A DNA stretch of 64,000 bases, taken from NCBI RefSeq assembly GCF_018977255.1, contig NW_024704742.1, positions 17,610,001-17,674,000 of the forward strand. Direction: 5' to 3'. Below, in pieces: positions 56,501 to 64,000 of the stretch (within the stretch, counting starts at the first letter, position 1; each line of letters opens with the position of its first letter). The translations under genes and the position numbers were made by a program. The notes beneath the pieces were generated by a model, which saw nothing but the letters and a program-made list of their open reading frames with translations, was not told the DNA's origin and did no database searches. Source of the DNA: Callorhinchus milii. Its lineage: Eukaryota.

Positions 56501-57367
56501 GTTTTTATTTTATTTATTATATCACAGATGTTTGTTGGCACATTGCTGTGCCAAATTGACTGCCGGTTTTATTTATGAATATACAGCCAGTATGCTTTAC
56601 AGTAAATCTTTATAAGGTAGTATATCAAATGCAAGGATTATTGTTTTTGGTTGGCAGTCAAAATTACATTGAAATGAAACTGGAGTGTTGTGCCTTTTTT
56701 TAAAAATCAAGTAAAATCAAAATCAATAAACCCCCTTTTCTCTGCGTGGCAGGACAGTTAGTCAATCAATGACTCATAAATTTCTGCCAAGTCCATGGCA
56801 CTAGGAGAAGTAATCTGGGCAGCCTGGGATGAGTCTCTCTGGGATGTTCCTTATCTCCCTTTGGAGAAGTGCCAGATCTCGGCTCTGCAGGGCTAAGATT
56901 GAAAATTCACTCTGCAGAGAATACATTCTGTCCCGTGCAGTCTATCATTACATAGCTTTTAGAATCCTAAAGTTCTGCTGCATTTTACTAAAGGTTATCT
57001 CCTTACTGTCTCCAATCACTCATTTCTAAAATGATTTTCTTCCCTCAAAATTTATCCAATCCAACCTGATCTGCCTGTTTGCTTACTACTCATTGAATTG
57101 ACATATTTAGATAAATAGGTCCTGGGGAAGTAAGGGTACTGAGGCAGATGGAGAGAAGGCAGGAAAGTGAGTTTGGAACTTGGATAGCGCTGAATTGATA
57201 AAGTGGCAGAACAGTCTCAATGGGCTGAATGGTCACCTTCCATCCCCCCACCCCACCCCCTCTTCATTAGCTGGTGACAGATGTGCGAGTGAGGCAAGCA
57301 GTGAGTTTGTCACTCCATAGCGCAGTACATTCATATGCATCTGCGCTGTTTGCTTCTCCTCCTGCCA

Positions 57368-57525
57368 TGATAATAATAATAATGATAATAATCTTTGGAT
57401 TTGATATAGCACCTTATCACAATGTTGAGAAGTATCATAGTGCTTCACAGAATAAACTGCAAAGTGAATTGACTGTATACTTTTGTTTGTGAAATGCAGC
57501 AGCCAATTGCGCACAGCAACATCCC
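57368..57525 (-). mobile_element. SINE 3' tail
   Basis: (ATA)n ATCTTTGGATTTGATATAGCACCTTATCAC...AAGTGAATTGACTGTATA...GCAGCCAATTGCGCACAGCAAC. Confidence 0.88.
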
Positions 57526-58399
57526 AATTGCAATTAATTTGTGTTTAAATCCAATATATCTTAAAGTATGAAATAATATCAGGCTCTAGGGAGAGAGTTT
57601 CAAAGTAGTAACCTAATCTCAGGGCACAAATGGTATTCATCTTAATTGAGTTCCAGCTTTTCTGCCAGATATCCTGTATCTTTTATTCTATTTATTGTTG
57701 TCTGCAAGGAGAAAATGAAACTGCGACGCATGCGTAGGAGGATTCAGCTTCTTGTAAGTCATGTGCATTTCTCTGATTCACAGCGTGAGCTCCATTTATT
57801 AGTGGCAAACACTGGTATGGTAGCATGTTCTCTGAACTTTTGAAACATGGAACATGTAGCTATTCCTTGGATTCGTCCGAAAAACGTGTGTTGCTCTTTG
57901 GAAAATTTAGATGCAGCTTCTTTACGACATTCAGAGAAAGAAGGTCTATGAGCTGTGGTGAGAGGTCTCCCCTAGGACAATGTAAACTGATTATCACTTC
58001 ACATTGGCACAGAAAGATTCTGAGTTTGTTTGATGATGGGCTTGTTTTCTGAAGAGCTTTTCAGTCATTAAAGACTGCAGTTGGTATACAAGGAATGGCA
58101 CAGCAGTCAAATGCAATTTGCCTTATTTTTCTCTCCTCCCAGCTTTCAAAGCAATGGGCGATGTCTGCCATTCAGCCACAGTTAGAAAATCATGGCAAGT
58201 TTTCATGAATGCGGAGCGCGACCGCTGCATGTCTGCACTGAACAGGAACACGGTGAAAAGAAGCAATGTAAAAGGATGCTGCGTTAGTATTCTGGGGTGA
58301 GGTGTTGGAGTGCAGCTAGTTTTTCTTCAAAGTAATGCATGAAAAAGGCAGATATTGTTCGTAAAAAAAAAAGGAGTTTTCATTTTAATTTCTCCACAG

Positions 58400-58660
58400 C
58401 AAGATGCAATAAGAGGACATTGGCTTAGAGTTGTAAAGGGCAATTTCAGGACAAATAAAAGGAAGTTTTTCTTTACACAGAGGGTAATAAATAACTGAAA
58501 CAGGTTGCCAGGAAAGATCCCCGAGGCTGGGACAATGGACTCATTTAAAAAACAGTTCGATGCTGAGATGGGATGGAGGAAATATGTTGGATGATCTGGA
58601 AGAATGAGATCAGATGGACTAAAGGGTCTTCTTCATCCAAACCAATCTTGTGATTTCCTG
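58400..58660 (+). mobile_element. CR1 3' end
   Basis: AGAGGACAT...AAAGGGCAATTTCAGGACAAATAAAAGGAAGTTTTTCTTTACACAGAGGGT (RKFFFTQRV); ATCTTGTGAT tail. Confidence 0.8.
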
Positions 58661-59648
58661 ATGTTTTACGCAAGCAAAGGGGGTTACAGGAAAATACTAC
58701 CTTTCATAGGCAGGGATGTGACCATAGGTGTGATACCCACTCCCCCGCAACTTTGCTTCTGTCACACTGGTCCAGCCCAAATTGGTCCAATCATACGGGT
58801 TTGATGAGTGCCAGCTAGCTGCACACTGCCCTCGCTCTGATTTTGAGGTAGGCCAGGGTCCTATAAACTGGCAATCCAGTGCCACATTCTGCAGGGCAGC
58901 TGACCAGGGCAGCTTTGGGTCTAACCATTGTGATGGAGCTGGGAATGGGTGGATGGGGTGGGGGGGAAATAAATTAATAAATTAATACATCAAATGGGTG
59001 TATTTTTTAATGATGTGCTAATTAACTCAGAACTTTCACTTGTTTCCATGTTTCCTCTTTCTAAAGTCTAAGCATGAACTTGTTTTAATTTGAAGAGAAT
59101 ACAACTGAGGGTGTGTTTGATCCAGAGGTCTCTAGCATATACTTGGATGGTGTTGATGTAAACAGGCTATTTGTCTGAGACTGAGCAAGCAGAACTAGTG
59201 GAGAAAGCATTAAAATGAAAAAGCCTCAAGCAAAACTAAAGAATAGTGGACTTTATTCCCACAAAACAGTGGCCTCACATAACACATTCCCAGAGCAAAC
59301 AGATGGTAATGCTGCAATTAGTTCACTAAAGAACTGAACACATATTTGGTACTAGAGGATATAATGATTAGATGGAGCCTGAAATGAACGAATGCTTTCA
59401 ATGGACCCAATTATTTCCGTGTTACCCGATCTTGTGCATTTGTGTGTGTGTGCATATGGCAAGAGAGGAGGAAGTATATTATCTGTGGAGGGAAGGAGGC
59501 CAGGTTTAAATAGTAATCTAATCAAGGAGTTTATGTGAGCTTGTAAATGACAGGAGAGGAGTTCAAGTAGTTTATATCCAGTACCAGAATCTCTTTGTTT
59601 AGTTTACTACTTTGTGAATCACCAGGATAGTTGATACTTACGATATAG

Positions 59649-60200
59649 CATAGAATCATAGAAATTACAGCTTAGGAGGAGGCCATTTGGCCTCGTAAGC
59701 GAGGGGACTTGACTTTGATTCCCGGGCAGGGTGAAGCGTTGGGCAAGTTTCCTTACTTTGTTTTTACTTTGCCTTTGTTTACCTAGCAGTAAATAGGAAA
59801 TAGGAACTCCATTGTTAGTCGATTGGCAGATCACTTTTCCGGGGATAATAATCTCTTAAAGAAGAATAATAATAATTTGGTCACACAATCCACGACTGTG
59901 GGACACTGCTGTGTATAATTGGCTGCCGCATTGTGCCCAAAATATATACAGTCAATTCATTTTACAGTATATTCTGTGAAGCGCTTTGAGATGTCTAGAA
60001 GACATAATAAGGTATTATATCAAATCAAGGATTATTATTATCGAGCCTTGTGCTGTTGCTAGTTCTTCCACTGGAGCTATCCGCTGAACTATAACCCAAT
60101 TCTCTGCTCTTTCCCCATACTCCTTTTATGTTCTTCAAATGTTTATTCAGTGCACTTTTAAATGTTGTGAATGTGTGGCAAAGTATTCCATGTTACAATA
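59649..60200 (-). mobile_element. CR1 3' end interrupted by a SINE
   Basis: CATAGAATCATAGAAATTACAGC...GGAGGCCATTTGGCC, resuming at about 60042 with CGAGCC...GGAGCTATCC...CTGCTCTTTCCCCATA. Confidence 0.75.
59691..60041 (+). mobile_element. tRNA-Ala/CORE/Deu SINE (long subfamily), 5'-truncated in the anticodon arm
   Basis: CCTCGTAAGCGAG...TTGATTCCCGGGCAGGG...TTGGGCAAGTTTCCTTACT...TGTTTACCTAGCAGTAAATAGG...CAAGGATTATTATT. Confidence 0.9.
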
Positions 60201-61229
60201 ATCCAGTAACATTTATAGGCTAGTTTTATTCTGTTCCATTCTCCACTTTCATACTGACAGTGTCTGTCAGTGTTAAGACTGTCACTGAGTGCTTTGTGTC
60301 ACTGATGCACAATGTCTTTGTATGGAAAGATGCGTGCATACATATGCATATAAAATGTATATTTCTATACAGTGATAGCCTATTCAGAATCCTGATGAGC
60401 TGTGAATTGTGCTGATAACTTGATCAGTATGTTATCACTGTCTCAGTGTTGGCAGTGCAGGTCTGTCTCCCAACAAAGCAGCTGAAATTTCGAACCCATA
60501 GTAATTTGTTAAATATTTGAATACTTGCCATCTGAAGTGAAATCTGACTACTTCATCTATGGATTGTCTTGGGTTTTGTTACAAAACCTTTGTCAAAATA
60601 GCAGGATGAATCTCTTTAGTTTCTTACCGCATTCTATTCACATTATGTCACGCGGTGAAATATAACAGCATCTGTTGCTTTTTTTTAAACCCCCTCCCCA
60701 CTCTTTTTTGGCAGGTGTCAGATGAAAGCTGGACAGGTTTATCAATTATAAATCAAGTCTGCAAGATATGTCTTTGTGTTTTCTTTTTTTGGTCTTTCTC
60801 CTCTGGGATGTAGAATTCGGTCCAGCCCAGACAGATGGGATGTGAATCTCCTTTTGTCTCAGGCCTGCTGAAACTCCTTAGGAAAATGAGTTCAGACGGT
60901 TTCAAACCAGCTCACAGTGGACACAAGACAGCAGCCTCCAAATTGTTGTAAGATGCTTTTGAATCAGCAACGCAGCAAGCTGTGGAAGCAGCGCAGGATC
61001 AGTGTGTGTGCGCGTGTGTGTGAAAAATGGAAACATCCAACTCAGTTCAGTTGTTGCTCGTTTTTCTGTTGTTCAGGTTTTGTTCATGCTGTAGCTAAAC
61101 ACTAAAGGCTTCTGCACTGTAGGTGATCTGCTCATTGCAGTTTTTCTTGTTCTGAAAGCCTTGATATCAACAAAGTGGAAAAATGTGGTCCAACATCCCT
61201 CCCCTACGACTTATAAACTCACACACACA

Positions 61230-61658
61230 GCACTCTTGGCGATCACCCTGGCTCTTGCCTCTGAATCAGGAGGTTGTGGGTTCAAGCCCCTTGTTAGGAT
61301 TTTAAACCCATTAAAGTTTATGCTGATACAATAAACACCAGTGCTGCATTGTTGGAAGTTTCATCTTTCCGATGAGACAATAAACCAAAGTCATATCGGT
61401 CTGTTAAGGTGGATATTAAAGATTCCTGTGACACTATTCGAAAAGAGGTGGGAGTTTTTCCCAGTGTCCTGCCCAATAATCCTTCAGATAAAATTAATTA
61501 TTCACTTCATACTGCTTATAGGGCATTGTTCTGCACATATGTGGTTGCCATGTTTGACTACCAATATACCAATATTACTTAATAATATCACTTGTGAAAT
61601 GCTTCGAGATGTCCTCTTGACATGAAAGGCGTTATATTAAATGTAAGGATTATTATTA
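61230..61658 (+). mobile_element. SacSINE1-like DeuSINE, near full length
   Basis: CTCTTGCCTCTGAATCAGGAGGTTGTGGGTTCAAGCCCC, TCTTTCCGATGAGAC, GGTGGATATTAAAGATTCC, CAGTGTCCTGCCCAAT and AAGGATTATTATT. Confidence 0.88.
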
Positions 61659-61744
61659 TAATTTCTAATAGGGATTGGGGATGGAGGCATGTGGTATTAT
61701 CACGGTTTTTTAAAAAAATACAATCAATGTTTTTTTTTACGTTG

Positions 61745-61990
61745 AACATACATCACAGAAACAGGCCATTCGGCCCAACTGGTGGTTTATGCTCCACATG
61801 AGCTTCCTCCTGCCCTTCCTCAGCTAAGCCTATGAGCATAACCTTCTATTCCTTTCTCCCTCATGTACCTATCCAGCTTCCCCTTAAATGCATCTATGCT
61901 GTTCGCCTCAACTACTGCTTGTGCTAACAAGTTCCACATTCCCACCACTCTCTGGGTAAAGAAGTTTCTTCTGACTTCCCTGTCACTGAG
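61745..61990 (-). mobile_element. CR1 3' end
   Basis: ORF 61820-62020 EVRRNFFTQRVVGMWNLLAQAVVEANSIDAFKGKLDRYMREKGIEGY; ACAGGCCATTCGGCCCA tail. Confidence 0.93.
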
Positions 61991-62479
61991 AATCACTGGT
62001 CTCGGTTGGTAGAACCCCATTAGTGACTATTTCTGCACACGGTCCCCTTAAATAAGACCAAATTGGCAGAAGCAAGTTATCTTATTGGCTGCCACATTTG
62101 CCTGCAAAGAAAATGCTGCAAAAGGCACATCGTCAAATGCAAGCATTATTTATTGTTATTATTATGATCTTTTCTCCAGTGTTCACCTAGTTAGACTGAT
62201 GGGTTGAACCACCTCTCTCTCTCGCTCTCTATTAGCTGCAAGAGTCCCAGTATTACGTTTGGCCAGAGTATACAAAACTCCCTATGGCTTTGTATCCACA
62301 GGACTTACCTTCACCATCATTAATTGATAAGTTGAGGTTTCACTCAGAGGCATTCAGTTAGTGGGTAAGCGTTAAGAGTATAGAGAATTATTATGTAGGG
62401 TAATTCGAGACTGGAACAACAACATGCACTTATATAGCACCCTTCATATGGGGTAGCATCCCGGAGGCTTAGGTGCCAC

Positions 62480-62625
62480 CATGAGGCCAGGACACTGAAC
62501 TCATTTAAAAATCAGCTTGATGCTGTGATGTGAGGATGTTCATGAGTTCCCCATATTCATGAGAAATGGAATCAGATGGGCTGAAAGGCCATCTTGATCC
62601 AAATTAATGTTATGATCTCATGAAT
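62480..62625 (+). mobile_element. CR1 3' end fragment
   Basis: GAGGCCAGGACACTGAACTCATTTAAAAATCAGCTTGATGCTG...CAGATGGGCTGAAAGGCC; same family as 58400-58660. Confidence 0.75.
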
Positions 62626-62954
62626 TTTAAGATGATTATAGCCAGCCTGTACCTTACCTGACCTGGAAATGCACAATGTCAATACTTAATGCAGAATGTG
62701 GAGGTTTTTCCACCCTGGGACTGGCATCACGTAGCAAGTGCACAAACCATTCAGTATTCGCCTCCTTTTAAAAAGGAGCAAAAATCAGACCAACTGAATG
62801 CTTTTTATTACATTACAACCTCATGTTAACTTAACAGATATTTGGACTCTCGGTTAGATGAAGATGCGTGTGCATTATTAAAATGATATAATAAGTGAGG
62901 AGAACGCTTGTTGCTACATTTTGTTTAATATTTCCACACCCACCAGTGGTTAAA

Positions 62955-63140
62955 GCTTTCAAAAGATCCAAAAAGGAAGGTTTTGGATGAAGAAGACACT
63001 GCGGCCTATTTGAACTCATGCATCCTGAATACCAACTCCCCTCCCTTATCTTGTTTTCCAATGAATCCAGGGTCCTGTTCTCAACCACCTTGCCCAGCAA
63101 CCCATCCCAGTGTTCATTCCTCCCTGAAGCGAGTAAGCAA
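62955..63140 (-). mobile_element. CR1 3' end fragment, old
   Basis: Translates as RNEHWDGLLGKVVENRTLDSLENK, a degenerate WNxLPxxVVEAxTLxSFKxKLD motif. Confidence 0.65.
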
Positions 63141-64000
63141 CAGGGAGCTTTTTTGTGGACTGTATCTAGGAAGTACAGTATAGCTGTCAAATCCATTTTA
63201 CAATATATATTCCGTGAAGCGCTTTGAGACACCTCAATGACGTGAATAGGCGCTATATCAAATACAATGATTTTTTTATAAGATGTGGTCCATGTGATAT
63301 TTATCACACAATTAGCCAGAGAAGGAAGGATGACAGCATCCTCAGTGGTAGAGTCTGAGGGCTCAGGGCAGCTGGGGTTGTTCTGTAAGAGTGTTTTGTG
63401 GAGAAATGATCGGCTAGCGGAATACCAGCTCATGGCCTTCGACCGCTGGTTAGTGGGAAAACAGTTTTATGAGTGTTGTATTCGCTATGGCTAGAGGTAA
63501 GAGGAATAACGTGGCCATTGAACCTGAAAAATATACCACTGCATAACATCACAAATAACCTCTCGGTCATTTCAGCAGCTCCCTCCCAACAGTCTTACAG
63601 TACAGCACCAGCTGCCCCTGCTTTTAGTCTCAGACATGTAATGGGATAAACCCCAAGAGATGATGTATTAATAACAGCATAGTATGTGCACTAAGTGTGT
63701 GAGTTCCTGACATGAGCCACATCTGGGAGAGACAGTAATTACCAAAAAGGCATACGGCTTTTGTCTTCTCTGCAGCTGCACTCAGGTTCCTCTTGCTAGA
63801 ATTTGATTGCTCAGAATGTTATAAAATATAAGCTCTGCCGCTGTTTTTAATACGATTTTACAGTGGTTAATTCTGAAAGTTGGCTCTGAGGTGTGAAACC
63901 TCCCAAACACAACATGGCTTTGCTGTATTTCATAGGCTTCTCATTGTTTGGTATCAGTAGCTGCTGTGCAACGAGAGGTATTGTGGGTGGAAATGGCCAG

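Noticed and set aside
15919..56776. Scattered AP-1 TGASTCA sites
   Set aside because: The number seen is about what chance predicts for a 7-mer in 64 kb; only the pair at about 43235 and 43264 is mildly clustered.
62831..63433. 200-aa ORF
   Set aside because: Chance read-through across an antisense SINE tail and a CR1 remnant; no coherent domain.
63330..63530. Possible very old SINE-like remnants (also about 7560-7690, 15915-16105, 38500-38765 and 49360-49420)
   Set aside because: Too degenerate to assign a family or boundaries by eye.

Overview
AT-rich, CpG-depleted vertebrate genomic DNA, most likely a cartilaginous fish. The mix of SacSINE1-like DeuSINEs, shark-type CR1 and Penelope ends and many young L2 copies suggests a chimaera such as the elephant shark; this is inference only. 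I found no supportable host protein-coding exon, rRNA, true tRNA or CRISPR array, so the window looks intronic or intergenic. Every ORF with a recognisable product is a broken L2 or CR1 reverse-transcriptase fragment. The window is dominated by an L2 LINE and partner SINEs: (1) truncated L2 copies ending in (TTG)n; (2) an old SacSINE1-like DeuSINE; (3) a younger tRNA-Ala-headed SINE that appears to be a chimaera of a CORE-like segment, a Deu segment and an L2 tail, in long and internally deleted subfamilies ending in (ATT)n. Also present are CR1 3' ends, a Tigger/pogo-like MITE, a second MITE-like foldback element, a Penelope-type terminus with a decayed hammerhead motif, two CCAAT-bearing minisatellites, an unrecognised old 4-copy repeat and several candidate regulatory islands. 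The most notable pattern is that many L2/SINE insertions carry locally templated fold-back or slippage sequence at their junctions, including a 104-bp palindrome, and that SINEs nest antisense inside their own family. I see no evidence for a novel protein-coding system. Family names come from my recall of consensus sequences, not a database search. Boundaries of old repeats are approximate (about 20-50 bp).
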